Positions 1-11,904 of a stretch of DNA of 36,558 nucleotides are shown piece after piece. Source of the stretch: Chiloscyllium plagiosum (Eukaryota); the NCBI RefSeq assembly GCF_004010195.1, contig NC_057719.1, forward strand, positions 63,236,478 to 63,273,035. Reading direction: 5' to 3'. The notes under the pieces are model-generated. The model was not told where the DNA came from and searched no databases. It saw only the letters and a list, made by a program, of their open reading frames with translations. The position numbers were made by a program, and so were the translations under genes. Numbering within the stretch: position 1 is the first letter of the stretch; each line of letters opens with the position of its first letter.

Positions 1-294
1 AGGCATTCTAACAATCTATTTCATTGATCTTTCCTCGCTGCAAAAAAAACATACTTATAGATATCAGTGAATATCAGTGGATTTGTCTTGTTCTTCACTT
101 TGTTAAGAGTGTTTCTTTGAAAGCTAGCTCTTATGGCTTAGTAAAGCTTTGAATGCCTTTGTTGTCTTTTGGCATCACCTGCATATAAAGCTAGAAAAGC
201 CAGAAATAACAATAAAGTTGATTGTAAAATATAAATAGCTACAATCATCCATGCCTGTTATATGGGATGATATATCACTCAAAATCTCATGCTG

Positions 295-590
295 TCCAAA
301 ATATGTGTAGGTTAGGTGGATTAGCCATGCTACATTGCACATGGTGTCCAGGGATGTGTAGGTTAGGTGAATTGGCCATGCTAAATTGCCCATTGTGTCC
401 AGGGATGTGTAGGTTAAGTGGATGAGCCATGCTAAATTGCCCATAGTGTCCAGGGATGTGTAGGTTAGTGATGGAATATGCAGTGTTGTAGGAATAGTAT
501 AGGGGGGATGGGATGCTCTTTGGAGGACTATTGTGGACTTGATGGGCTAAATGGCCTGCTCCAACACCATAGGCATTCTGTGATTCTATA
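295..590 (+). mobile_element. HE1-type SINE, 5'-truncated, with an internal 51-bp tandem array
   Basis: Body GGTTAGGTGAATTGGCCATGCTAAATTGCCCA is shared with the other HE1 copies here. It has a CR1-like tail GATGGGCTAAATGGCCTGCT...ATTCTGTGATTCTA. Confidence 0.85.
303..468. repeat. 51-bp tandem repeat, about 3.3 copies
   Basis: ATGTGTAGGTTA recurs at 303, 354, 405 and 456. This explains the 17-aa repeat in ORF 175..444. Confidence 0.95.
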
Positions 591-599
591 ATTCAAGTT

Positions 600-935
600 T
601 TTTTTTAATGATCTTTCATGAGATGTCAGTGTCATTAGCAAGAGCAGTATCAGTTGCTCATCCATGTTTGCCCTTAAATTGGTTAGTTTGTTCAGACATT
701 TCAGAGCCAGTTATGTTATGTAATCCAGCTTAGGTCAGGCTTTACCAAGTAAGGCTGAATTCCTTCCCTAAAGAATGATAGATCTCATGATCACCACCGC
801 TGAAACGTGATTTATACTCTAACTTATTAATTACATTTGAATACTGTCAATTGTTACAGTGGGATTTGAACCCACCCTGAAAGAATAATAACTCAGGCCT
901 CTTGAGTAGAAGTCTAGTGACATTACTATTATCTC
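600..935 (-). mobile_element. Old tRNA-derived SINE (family B) with a LINE-like tail
   Basis: The minus strand has a head GTAATGTCACTAGAC...GGGTTCAAATCCCAC (B box) and an A-rich tail. Similar to 17015-17540 and 33900-34230. Confidence 0.7.
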
Positions 936-1711
936 CCTATAGCTTCTTTGCCCCCTTTTCTGACAATGCTTAGCAAAAAGAACTCTTCTCCAGTCCTGGT
1001 CAGATCCCGTCCCTCATATCTTTTCCTGGTACATTGTATTCGAACTATTTTCAGTTCGACCTCTGGATTCAAGATTGAAAATCTTGCATACTAGGTTGCC
1101 ATTGCATAATTAAAGTACAATAAGCACTGGAGCTTACAATTATCAAAAGGTAGCAGTAACTCACACTAGTTAGATTGAAAATACTTCTACTGGAGTCACA
1201 CCATTCAGGTCATTTTACAACCTGCAGAACCTGAACAGAAAATTACCTTTCTCTCCCATGCCAGGACTCAAACATGATTAGATTTTGCATTCATGAGGAG
1301 AAGCATCGTAATCTGTTTAAAGGATTGAAATGAACAGGTATCAGAAGGGGATAAAAGTAGAGGGCTTTGGAGAGAACTGAAGTACAATCATGTAGAATAA
1401 TCAATAGGAGACTTTTGAAATTGGGACTAGAGATGACAAATCAAATACTGCCATTGAGGAAGGCAGATCCAGTGGGGGGGGGTTAGAATTGATACTGGTG
1501 TGAAGTGGATCATGCTGGTAGCCTGCCTGTAGAGCCGGATCTTAGGTAATGGGGATATCTTAAAATTCAATTCTGCTGCAGCAATCCCACAGATCTTGCT
1601 ATGAATAATGGGACACAGATATCAGCATGAAAAATTCCTTAGCGCACACAACACCCAAAACTATAAGGCTCACTGGTTCTGAAAAAAGAATGTTTCTATA
1701 CATAAAAGAAA

Positions 1712-1855
1712 ACATACACACACACACACGTACACACACACATGCACACACATGCACACATACATACATACACAGACACATACACACACACATACATACA
1801 TACATATGCACACACATACACACACCGGCACACACATACACACCATACACACACA
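1712..1855. repeat. Imperfect (CA)n/(CATA)n microsatellite
   Basis: Directly visible. It is the source of the HT- and CV-rich ORFs. Confidence 0.97.
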
Positions 1856-2100
1856 AAGGAAATGTGATGGAATCCATAACAGATAATTCAGGAAACACTC
1901 AACAGGTCAGGCATCATTTCTGTAGCAACAAGGCAAGTTCATATTTCAGAGACAAAACCAGAAATTGCTGGAAAAGCTCAGCAGGTCTGGCAGCATCTGT
2001 GGAGAGAAATCAGAGGTAACCCTGAGGAAGGGTCACTTGACTTGAAACATTTACGGTGTTTTTGACTCAGATTTACAGTATCTGCAGTTCTTTCAGCTTT
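1856..2100. mobile_element. Penelope terminal-repeat fragments in opposite orientations, with an HHR relic at 2022-2050 (+)
   Basis: GAAATTGCTGGAAAAGCTCAGCAGGTCTGGCAGCATCTGTGG is followed by CTGAGGA-A-GGGTC-ACTT-GACTT-GAAA, then by the reverse-oriented end CAGATTTACAGTATCTGCAGTTCTTT. Confidence 0.75.
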
Positions 2101-3469
2101 TATTAAGCTGACATTGCAGATGTGGATATTTCAAAATGTGTTTACTCTCTCCATGGGTATGGCTGTGTATGTGATGTTTTCAATCTGTGCATGTGTAATT
2201 TTATAATGAAACTCAGTGAAGCATAATGAGAGATGTATTCCAAGATGTTATTACCACATTTTGAGGTAGCATACATGATAAACAGAACTTTTCTGATGTA
2301 ACATAGGAATGATTTGTTCTTCCAATTGTTTAATATCCATCAATCATGGGAGATGGGGTATTGGTGGTGCTAATCCTTCCTTTCCAAATTTGCTGATAAT
2401 GGTGAAAAAATGACAATTGGTCGCAGTTTATTGAGGAAAGCTGTGGTTTTTCCAGGTTTTAAGCTGAAATTCTTGTTCCAGAATATTGCTGAGGAAAAGA
2501 AAGCTAAAGGCACTGTTCAAATAGCATTTCCTAAAATTGCCACTACAGCTAAATCAATAATCTGCTTTAATTAGATCTGTTTGATCTTATTTTAAAGTTC
2601 TTCTCTAGTCAACCTTGAAGCATCTGCTTTCCTGCTTGTGCCCAAAAAAAATCAATGACAACAAAGAGCCTGAAGGGATGACACCTTTGTCAAAGGAATA
2701 CCTTGCATTGCTGTTATTAGATTTCATTTATTCATGATACAAAGACACATACAGTTTGGTGGCATTTTGTTATTTGTGATAACTTATTAAAGTTTCTCCA
2801 AACGCGGTTTGACTAACAATAGATAATGATGATTTGTTTTGCCTGACCCAAGTTAGCTTCCCTCCAACTGGCAACCAAATGAGGAGCCAGTATCTCAGTT
2901 CCTTTCCAAGAGTTACTACCTGATGGTTAAAAAGCTTCAAATCTTCTAATGTTGTCCCATGCATTGAAAGCAAGGGACCTTTCCTCTCACGGGTTACAAC
3001 CACCATCTTACAATAATAATGTCAACAGTTACTAATGCACCATGCCCAGGCAGGGCTGCAAGTTATATCTACCATACCTCGCATTCTCTTGGTGGTGGTA
3101 CATGGGCAGCATATGCAAAGTGCAGGTCTTTTGTCCGACCTCTATCTTGATCCACCAATACTGAAAGAAGTTAGAATATCACCTGTTTTGGACAGCAATG
3201 GAAAGCTGAGAGTCAATCTATAAGCAAGATGTCGAGGGTAATCCAATGCTCTCATTAATCCCTTGAACAGTAGTCTTGCTTTATTTTGGCTGAAGCAATT
3301 ATTTAGATGCATGGTCCAAAATGAAGGTGTACAGAATACAACATTAGGAGTAATAAGAAGTCAAACACACCTTCCTGCAAGGGCAAAGCAATCTCTCACA
3401 ATGAACTGCCCAGAAGACATGACCCAACAGCTGTTCAGTTGAGATTTTCAACTAAGGTTCACTGCCCTT

Positions 3470-3570
3470 CCTGTTTGATGTGAAAAATCCCATTGTACTA
3501 TGTCGAAGGCAAGCTGGGGAGTTCCTCCCAATGTCATGGCCACTATTTATCCTGCAACCGATCTCAACAC
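3470..3570 (+). mobile_element. Deu-domain SINE (SacSINE1/AmnSINE-like), 5' part
   Basis: GATGTGAAAAATCCCATTGTACTATGTCGAAGG...GGGGAGTTCCTCCCAATGTCATGGCCACTATTTATCC resembles the recalled Deu domain. Confidence 0.65.
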
Positions 3571-3617
3571 AAAGGCAGAGTACTGTTGATGCTGGAAATC
3601 TGAAATATAGACAGAGA
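3571..3617 (-). mobile_element. Penelope-derived short unit, left half (right half at 7663-7755)
   Basis: TACTGTTGATGCTGGAAATCTGAAATATAGACAGAG matches the start of the uninterrupted copy at 8884-9014. Confidence 0.7.
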
Positions 3618-3635
3618 CAGGACTTACCAAAGAGG

Positions 3636-4506
3636 GTTATTTGCATACCAAACAGCATAAACAGCAAGCGATAGATAGAGCTAAGCAATCCCACAATCAA
3701 TAGATCAGATCTAAGCTCGGCCATCCTGCTACATCCAGTCGTGCATGATAGTAGACAATTAAACAACTCACTGGAGGAGGGGGGCTCCATAAATATTTCC
3801 ATCCTCAATGATGGAGGACACTAGCATATCAGTGCAAGCGATAAGGCTGAAGCTTTCAAAGTAATCTTCAGTCAGAAGTGTTGAGTAGATGGATCCATTT
3901 AAGCCTCCTCCAGTAGTCCCCAGCATTACAGATACCACTCTTCAGCCAATTTGATTCACTCTATGTGATATCAAGAAACGGTTTGAGACACTGGACGTTG
4001 CAAAGTCTACAGGCCCTGACAACATTCCAGCAATAGTACTAAAGGCGTGTGCTCCAGAATTTGCCGTTCCCCGAGCCAAGCTGTTCCAGTGCAATTACAA
4101 CGCTGGTATATAGCTGATAATGTGGAAAATTGCCCAGGTATGTCCTGGACATAAAAAAGCAAAACAAATCCAAACCAGCCAATTACTACGCCATCAGTCC
4201 ACTCTTGATCATTAGTAAACTGATGGACAGTGTCATCAACAGTGCTATCAAGCAGCCCCTGCTCAGCAATAACCTGTTCAGTGATGTCCAGTTTGGATTA
4301 CACCAGGGCCACTCAGCTCCTGACCTCATTACACCCTTGGGTCAAACAAAAGAGCTGAATTCTAGAGGTGAGGTGAGAGTGACAGCCCTTGACATCAAGG
4401 CTGCATTCGATTAAATGTAGCATCAAGAAGTGCCAGCAAAACTGGAATCAATGGGTATTGGGGGCAAACTCTCTGCTAATTGGAGTCATACATGACACAT
4501 AGGAAG
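3636..4506 (+). mobile_element. CR1/L2-group LINE (host), reverse transcriptase region, part 1
   Basis: Decayed RT motifs: KSTGPDNIPAIVLK, KSKPANYYAISPLLIISKLMD, QFGLHQGHSAPD, ALDIKAAFD, WLESY-like. Frameshifts are present. Confidence 0.92.
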
Positions 4507-6748
4507 CAAGTGTTAGATCTCGCGATGGAAGAACACTTTGGTGACAGTGATCACAACTGCCTCACATTTACCATAGCCTTAGAAAGGGAAAGGAGCAGTT
4601 ACCAAGGGAAGATATTTAATTGGGGAAAAGGAAATTATGATGCTATCAGACAGGAATTGGGAAGTACAGATGGGAGCAATTGTTCCACAGAAAGGGCACA
4701 GCAGATATGTGGAGACTATTTAAGGAGTAGTTGTTGCGAGTGATGCACAAATTTGTTCCTCTGAGACAGGTAAGAAGGGGAAGGATTAAGGAACCTTGGA
4801 TGATGAGAACAGAGGAACTTCTCATCAAAAGGAAGAAGGCAGCTTAAGTAAGGTGGAGGAAGCAAGGATCTAGCACAGCTTTAGAGGATTACAGGCTTGC
4901 TAAAAAGGAGCTCAGAAATGGACTGAGGAGAGCCAGGAGGGGACACGAAAAAGGCTTTACAAGAAGGATTTGGGAGAACCCAAAGACATTTTATTCATAC
5001 GTGAGGAATAAGAGAATGATCAGGGAGAAGGTAGGGTCAATCAGGGATAGCGGAGGGATCTGTGCGTGGAGTCTGAGCAGATAGGGGGAACCCTAAATGA
5101 GGTTTTTGCTTTGGTTTTCACCAAGGAAAGGGATCTTGTTGTGAATGAAAACTTTGAGGAGCTGGGATAAATTCTTGACCAGATCAGGATTGATGAAGTT
5201 GATGTGCTGGAAATTTTGGAAAATATTAAGATTGATAAGTCCCCAGGGCCAGACTAGATGTATCCTAGGCTGCTCCAGGAAGTGAGAAAGGAGGTTGCTA
5301 AGCCGCTGGCGAGGGTATTTGCCTCCTCGCTCTCCACGGGAGTCGTACCGGAGGATTGGAAGGAGGTGAATGTTGTTCCTCTTTTCAAGAAGGGTAATAG
5401 GGAAATCCCTGGCAATTACAGACTAGTCTTGGAAAGAATTCTGAGGGGTAGGATTTATGACTATTTGGCAAAGCATAGTGTGATTAAAGGCAGTCAGCAT
5501 ACCTTTGTGAGGGGCAGGCCATGTCTCACAAATCTTATTGAGTTCTTTGAGGAGGTGACAAGACAGGTCGACGAAGGTTGAGCAGTGGATGTGGTGTATG
5601 TGGACTTCAGCAAGGCATTTGATAAGATTCCCTATGGTAGGGTCATTCAAGAGTCAGGAAGAATGGGATACAGGGAGATTTGGCTATCCGGATTCAGAAT
5701 TGGCTGGCTGACAGAAGGCAGAGAGTGGTTGTAGATGGAAAGTATTCTGTCTGGAGGTCAGTGTTGAGTGGGGTCCCGCAGGGCTCTGTTCTTGGGCCTC
5801 TGCTCTTTTTATAAATAACTTGGATGAGGAGGTTGAGGGGTGGGTCAGTACATTTGCAGATGACACAAAGATTGGAGATGTTGTCAACAGTATTGAGGGC
5901 TACTGCAGGCTGCAGTGCGACATAGACAGGATGCAGAGCTGGGCTGAGAAATGGCAGATGGAATTCAACCTGGATAAATGCATTTTGGAAGGTTGAACTC
6001 GAATGCTGAATATAGGATTAAAGACAGGATTCTTGGCAGTATGGAGGAACAGGGGATCTGGGTGTGCAAGTACATAAATCCCTCAAAGTTGCCACCCAAG
6101 TGGATAGGGTTGTGAAGAAAGCATATGGTGTTTTGGCTTTCATTAACAGGGGGATTGAGTTTTTAAGAGCCGCGAGGTTTTGCTACAGCTCTACAAGTCC
6201 CTGGTGAGACCACTCTTGGAATATTGTGTCCAGTTCTGGTCGCCCTACTATAGGAAAGGTACAGAGGCTTGGAGAGGGTGCAAAGAAGGTTTATCAGCAT
6301 GCTGCCTAGACTTGAGAGCTTGCCTTATGAAGAAAGGTTGAATATGTTCGGACATTTCTCTCTGGAGAGAAGGAGGAAGAGAGGAGACCTGATCGAGGTA
6401 TACAAGGTAATGAGTGGAATAGATAGAGTCAATAGCCAGAGACTTTTCTCCAGGGCAGGATTGACTGGTACGAGGAGTCATAATTTGAAGATATTAGGAT
6501 GAAGGAATAAAGGAGATGTCAGAGGTAGATTCTTTATGCAGAGAGATGTGAATGCATGGAATGAGTTGCCAGCTGTGGTGGTGGAAGCAGAGGGACATTT
6601 AAGTGACTGCTGGACATGCACATGGATAGCAGTGAATTGAGGGGTGCGTAGGTTAAGTTATTATATTTTACATTAGGATTAAACGTCAGCACAACATCAT
6701 GGGCCAAAGGGCGAATTCTGTGCTGTACCTTTCTATGTTTTATGTTCT
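4507..6748 (+). mobile_element. CR1 LINE (HER1-like), 5'-truncated, disrupted ORF2, nested in the host LINE
   Basis: GDSDH endonuclease end, DKSPGPD, WKEVNVVPLFKKG, CLTNLIEFFEEVT, DFSKAFDK, GVPQGSVLGP, FADDTK, LERRRKRGDLIEVYK and a (TTCTATG)-type tail. Stops and frameshifts are present. Confidence 0.96.
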
Positions 6749-7149
6749 AAGTCATGGTTGTTGGAGGGCAGTCACCTCAACTCTAGAACATCTCTGCAGG
6801 AGTTCCTCAGGATGGTGTCCTTGGCCCAACCATCTTTAGCTGCTTCATCAGTGACCTTCCCTCCATCATAAGGTCAGAAGTGGGGATGTGCACTGATGAT
6901 TGCACAATATTCACCATTTGTGACTCCTCAAATAGTGAACAATTCTTTTTTCAATACAAGATCTGGACAAAACCCAGGCTTGGGCTGACAAGTGGTAAGT
7001 AACATTTGCGCTACACAAATGCCAAGCTATGACCATCACCAATAAGAGATACTCTAACCACCACCCCTTGACAATCAATGCTGATACCATCACTGAAGCC
7101 CCCACTATCAACATTGATCAGAAACTCAACTGGACTCACGACATAAATA
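6749..7149 (+). mobile_element. CR1/L2-group LINE (host), RT part 2
   Basis: Resumes with VVGGQS...AGVPQDGVLGPTIFSCFISDLP...MCTDDCT (decayed FADD), continuing from part 1. Confidence 0.92.
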
Positions 7150-7151
7150 GG

Positions 7152-7558
7152 AGGAGAAAGTGAGGACTGCAGATGCTGGAGATCAGAGCTGAAAATGTGT
7201 TGCTGGAAAAGCGCAGCAGGTCAGGCAGCATCCAAGGAGCAGGAGAATCAGGCGGTGCTGAGTTCGAGGGATTTGACTGGGACAAGGTGGGGGGAGGGGA
7301 AATGAGGAAACTGGAGAAATCTGAGTTCATCCCTTGTGGTTGGAGGGTTCCTAGGCGGAAAATGAGGCGCTCTTCCTCCAGCTGTCGTGTTGCTATGGTC
7401 TGGCAATGGAGGAGTCGAAGGACCTGCATGTCCTTGGTGGAGTGGGAGGGGGAGTTGAAGTGTTGAGCCACGGGGTGGTTGGGTTAGTTGGTCCGGGTGT
7501 CCCAGAGGTGTTCTCTGAAACGTTCCGCAAGTAGGCGGCCTGTCTCCCCAATATAGAG
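7152..7558 (-). mobile_element. Penelope-like element (Neptune-type) 3' fragment with GIY-YIG endonuclease
   Basis: The minus strand gives LYIGETGRLLAERFREHL...VAQHFNSPSHS...RQLEEERLIFRLGTLQPQGMN with one internal stop. The terminal repeat is at 7152-7249. Confidence 0.93.
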
Positions 7559-7662
7559 CTGTTCAAGAAGATAGCTCACCACCAGTTTCTGAAGGGGAAG
7601 TAGGGACAGACAATAAATGCTGGCCAGCATCGCCCACATTCCACAAAATGAATAAATAAAAA
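7559..7662 (+). mobile_element. 3' tail of the host CR1/L2-group LINE
   Basis: GTTCAAGAAGATAGCTCACCACC...AATAAATGCTGGCC...GAATAAATAAAAAA matches 10537-10612. Confidence 0.8.
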
Positions 7663-7755
7663 ACAAAAAGATGATGGAATTAATCAGCAGGTCAGGCAGC
7701 ATCTGTGGAGAGAGAAAGAGTCAATATTTGACATCAAAGACCTTTCATCAAAACA
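7663..7755 (-). mobile_element. Penelope-derived short unit, right half, with a decayed HHR
   Basis: CAGCAGGTCAGGCAGCATCTGTGGAGAGAG...GACCTTTCATCA; the minus strand reads TTGATGA-AAGGTC. Confidence 0.7.
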
Positions 7756-7756
7756 C

Positions 7757-7925
7757 ATTTGCTGTTCATTAACACATAGCGGTGTGCAGGAAATTGCTGT
7801 GTGCAATTTGGTTGGTGTTTTTCCTCTCTTGCAAGAATATTACTTCCAAAAAGTACTTCATTAGATGTAAATTACTTTGGGACATTCTGCAGTGGTGAAA
7901 GCTATTATAGAAATTCAAGTCTTAA
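7757..7925 (+). mobile_element. Deu-domain SINE, 3' part
   Basis: TTGCTGTGTGCAATTTGGTTG...AAAAGTACTTCATT...CTTTGGGACATTCTG...GTGAAAGCTATTATAGAAATTCAAGTC resembles the recalled DeuSINE 3' region. Confidence 0.65.
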
Positions 7926-8883
7926 TTTAAGTCTCTCTTAGTGTGTTAGGTTCATTTGGTACAATTTCAAAGTTTAATGCTCAATCTCCTTCCTTCTAAG
8001 CAATGTGATAGATTTATAGTTGACATTAGGAACATTCCCAATTTAGATTAATATACAGCCTGTTCATTGGTTGTTTATTCCGCATTATGGAATATTTTAA
8101 AGATTTTAAACAGCTCTTATTGTCATCCAAACTGACGTTTCAAAATAATAGCTTTCTAAAATACACAAATAAGTTATGTTGCCAACTAACCATAAAACAA
8201 ATCTAACTCAAAACATTTAGCTGGTCCCTTTTCACCTGCCTATTCTGCAAACACAGCAAATTAATTCAGCCCACAAAGAAGACATTATTTACAATATCTT
8301 CAGGCTCCCTTAAAACTTATATTCATTAATCTGTCATTTTGAGGAACTACTATTTTCTCTGCATACTTGTTATAGAGAATTTTTTCAGAATTAAGTATTG
8401 CTGCCATCTGCAGGGTTAATCTTTTTCTTAATTCCCTAGGATTTTGTATTGAAACCAGGAAAATGCTCAAAGGCAGTATATGCATAAGTCACTCATTATT
8501 TTGATTCTCATCCTCAGCTTCTGCCATTTTCACTTGATACCACAGATTTTCTTCAGGCAAAGATGGCAGGATTGTTTAGGTCACTGATGTCTCTGCAGCA
8601 CTGTGATTAGTCAGTGAAAAATGTGACTCATTCAAGCACATTGATTTGGATAATACTGGATTCGCTTTCCATTTCTGCAAATTCATTGTCTGTTTTAATG
8701 AGAGGCAGGTCTGTCACTCAGACACACCATCTTCTGGTTGAAGGACCAGTCATTCATTACCTGAGCAACTGGATTCTCGTGCAAGTTAAATCCCATGAGA
8801 AGAATTAATGTTAAAAAAGCAGAACTTCTCCAATACCATTGTTTGCTCCGCCACTGTGTGTACCCAAACAAAAAACAAACAAG

Positions 8884-9014
8884 ATCAAAATGCTTCAGAT
8901 GCTGGACATCTGAAGTAGAAACAGAAAGTCCTGGGGAAACTCAACAGACCTGACAGCATCTGTGGAGAGAGAAACAGAGTTAATATTTTGAGTTGATATG
9001 ACTTCTTCAGCACT
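8884..9014 (-). mobile_element. Short Penelope terminal-repeat unit with a decayed HHR
   Basis: The minus strand reads CTGAAGA...AACTC-AAAATATTAAC. Flanked by AAACAAG at 8877-8883 and 9015-9021. Confidence 0.78.
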
Positions 9015-9286
9015 AAACAAGTGCTTTCTTATTAACGGGCATTCCAACATGGAGTGAAAGAAATTTTGCAAGAAATCTCATTATAAAAATTAATTGTACA
9101 TTATATTGTCACACAAGAGTGACAGCCAAATCAAAACAGCTTTCCTACTTTTGTATTTGCAGTGATGTAGGCTTAAAAAATCTTCAAAATTTATCCCTAT
9201 GGTTCCAAACTGGACGTTTTGAATAACCAATCGCAGATTTTGCAAATACTCAATTCTTGACACTAGGTTTGTAGCTTAAACATTAG

Positions 9287-9610
9287 AGATTAGATTCCCC
9301 ATAGTGTGTAAACAGGTCCTTCGGCCCAACAAGTTCACACTGACCCTGTGAAGTGCAACCCACCCAGACCCATTCCCCTATATTTACCCCTGACTAATGC
9401 ACCTAACACTGCAGGCAATTTAGCTTGGCCAGTTCACCTAACCTGCACACCTTTGGACTGTGGGAGGAAACCAGACCACCTAGAGGAAACTCACACAGAC
9501 ACAGTGAGAATGTGCAAACTCCACACAGACAGCTGCCCAACGCGGGAACTGAACTCAGGTCCCTGGCGCTATGAGGCAGCAGTGCTAACCACTGCGCCAC
9601 CATGCCACCC
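9287..9610 (-). mobile_element. HE1-type SINE, full length
   Basis: tRNA-like head with an A box (TGGCGCAGTGG) and a degenerate B box, conserved body and (AATCT)n tail. CATTAGA lies on both flanks. Confidence 0.93.
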
Positions 9611-9913
9611 CCATTAGACTTAGCAATTTATTAACAATGCAGTACCCTTTGCAGCGCAAAATTAAACAACATGGTAATCTAATTAATCTTTATGAGTTAA
9701 ACATAACCTTTGTTTTCAGCCCTAAGACAATCAGACAAACAAACACATTTAAGGAATAAATTAAAAAGGAAAGAAAATAACAAAACTGGCCAGATTACTT
9801 GAGCGGTTTTTGTGACCCATTGTTTCACAGGCATATATGATAGTTTCTTGGTTGATTTTCTGAAGATGTCAGTCAATGTTACCTTTTCAGTTCACTCTGA
9901 GGAAGTTTCAGTT

Positions 9914-10224
9914 ATTAGATTAGATTACTTACAATGTGGAAACAGGCCTTTAGGCCCAACAAATCCACACCGACCCTCTGAAGAGCAACCCATCCAGACC
10001 CATTCCCCTACATTTACCCTTTCACCTAACACTACGGGCAATTTAGCATGGCCAATTCACCTGGCCTGCACATCTTTGGACTGTGGGAGGAAACCGGAGG
10101 AAACCCACGCAGACACAGGGAGAATGTGCAAACTCCACATAGACAGTTGCCCGAGGTGGGAATTGAACCCGGGTTTCTGGCACTTTGAGACAACAGTGCT
10201 AACCACTGTGCCACCGTGCCACCC
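9914..10224 (-). mobile_element. HE1-type SINE, full length
   Basis: A box TGGCACAGTGG, B box GGTTCAATTCC and (AATCT)n tail. Confidence 0.94.
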
Positions 10225-10284
10225 ACAAACTCATAACTTATTCTCTGAACATCCAATAGCTGATGATCGGAGGTTCAGCAGGGA

Positions 10285-10615
10285 GCATTCAAATCTTCAC
10301 CATGGCAGCAGCATACAGTATACCACCCACAAGATACACTACAGTATCTCACCAAGACTCCTCTGAAAGCACCTGTCAAACCTGTGAGCACCATTACCAA
10401 AAAGGACAAGGGCAGCAAATGCATGGAAATACCACCACCTGTGGTATCACTTTTCCTTTATTGTTGCTGGATCAAAGTGCAGGATCTCCCTTCCCAACAG
10501 CACTGAGTGTGTCCCTGCATTCTAAGAACTATAGCAGTTCAAGAAGGCAGCTCACTACCTTCTCTGGAGAAATTAGGGATAGGCAATTATTGCAGAACTA
10601 ACTAATGATGCCGAC
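10285..10615 (+). mobile_element. 3' fragment of a CR1/L2-group LINE
   Basis: Ends in the same tail as 7559-7662 (CAGTTCAAGAAGGCAGCTCAC...TAGGGATAGGCAAT). Confidence 0.75.
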
Positions 10616-11309
10616 TGGTGATAAAGAAATTTTAAAGATAACATTATGAAGGCAAGTAAGAAATCATTACCTAAACTAAAAGATTCAATCACATGCATTT
10701 CAAGCCTTAGAACAAAGTGTATTGGAGTATAGTTACTAAATCTGCTGGTAAGCCAATAGAGATCAGATAATTAAAGCGCAATCTCAAGAATAGTTTTGTA
10801 CATTAAATACAGCAAACCATGAAACACAAACTTTATGAATGATTGATATTATTGAGACTTTGATGCTCTAATAAACATATTATCATCGAGTAAAAAGCTT
10901 CAATTATCACTTCTTGTCTTTGAAATGAAATGTGCTGAAAAGGGCAGAACAAGTTGACATATGAAGTCTTGCTTTCTCAAAATGGGATTGTAAACATTAT
11001 CTGTGCGCTCATATATTACTTCATTGATTATAGTGCTTAAACACTTGTGTTTCTATTTCAGTTTTCAATGTGACTTCAGTGCAGGTGAGCTGGCCTCTCA
11101 GCTCTGGCTGACTCACTCAATAGGAAATAAAGCTTGCATTGTTTTGTTCTTAGAGAGAGATCGAAGTGCAAGACAAAAACTGCACCTTGGATGGTACTTC
11201 AATCCTCATACATACCTTCCCATTCAAACAAAACCAGTACACTGTAATCTGTGCCCTGTTTGACTCTTATCCCCCACAGTCTCTCCATCATCAAAATTAT
11301 GTATTTACA

Positions 11310-11670
11310 TAGAATTATAAAATGGTCAGAAAGAGACCATTTAGTTAATCACAATAGAGCTATCAAATTAGTTCCACTGCCTTGGCCACTTCCTATAAAG
11401 ATTCAAATTATTCCCTTTCAGTGTCTGTTCAGTTTCCTTTAGAAAGTTATTGTTGAATCAGCTTTGAATTGTGCATTCCAGATCATAACTCATTGTATTG
11501 AAGAAAATCCTTTCTTTAGATTGTGAATGGTTCTTCTGCCTGTGGGACCCATGTCCTCTTGGTCATCAACCCCTCTTCTGCTGCTGGAAACAGTTTCTGT
11601 CCTGGTAACTTGATCAAAGCCTTTCCTGATTTTGATTGCATTATTTGAATCTCACCTTAACACTATACAA
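11310..11670 (-). mobile_element. Old CR1 3' fragment
   Basis: Diffuse similarity to the reverse complement of the CR1 3' end (CATTCCAGATCATAAC, GGAAACAGTTTC). Confidence 0.55.
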
Positions 11671-11904
11671 AAGGGGAAAACTCAACAGGCCTGGGAGTGT
11701 CTATCTTTTTAAATTTGTTCTTAGGATATGAGGATCTTTGGCAAGAAACCCCTTAAAAGGCTATTGATTGCAGGGTGTTGGGTGAAACCAGAACATTGCC
11801 CATGGTGTAATTTTATGATCTCTTCCTGACCTCTGCCAACCCCACAGGTGGCTATAACATCCAACCTCACATTTCTGAGCACTGAAAACCATTATTTCTA
11901 TACT

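Noticed and set aside
303..468. CRISPR-like periodic array
   Set aside because: Contiguous units with no unique spacers, inside a SINE in eukaryotic DNA.
1599..2019. His/Thr-rich and Cys/Val-rich ORFs
   Set aside because: Translations of the CA microsatellite.
4507..6748. Functional reverse transcriptase gene
   Set aside because: 5'-truncated, with multiple stops and frameshifts.
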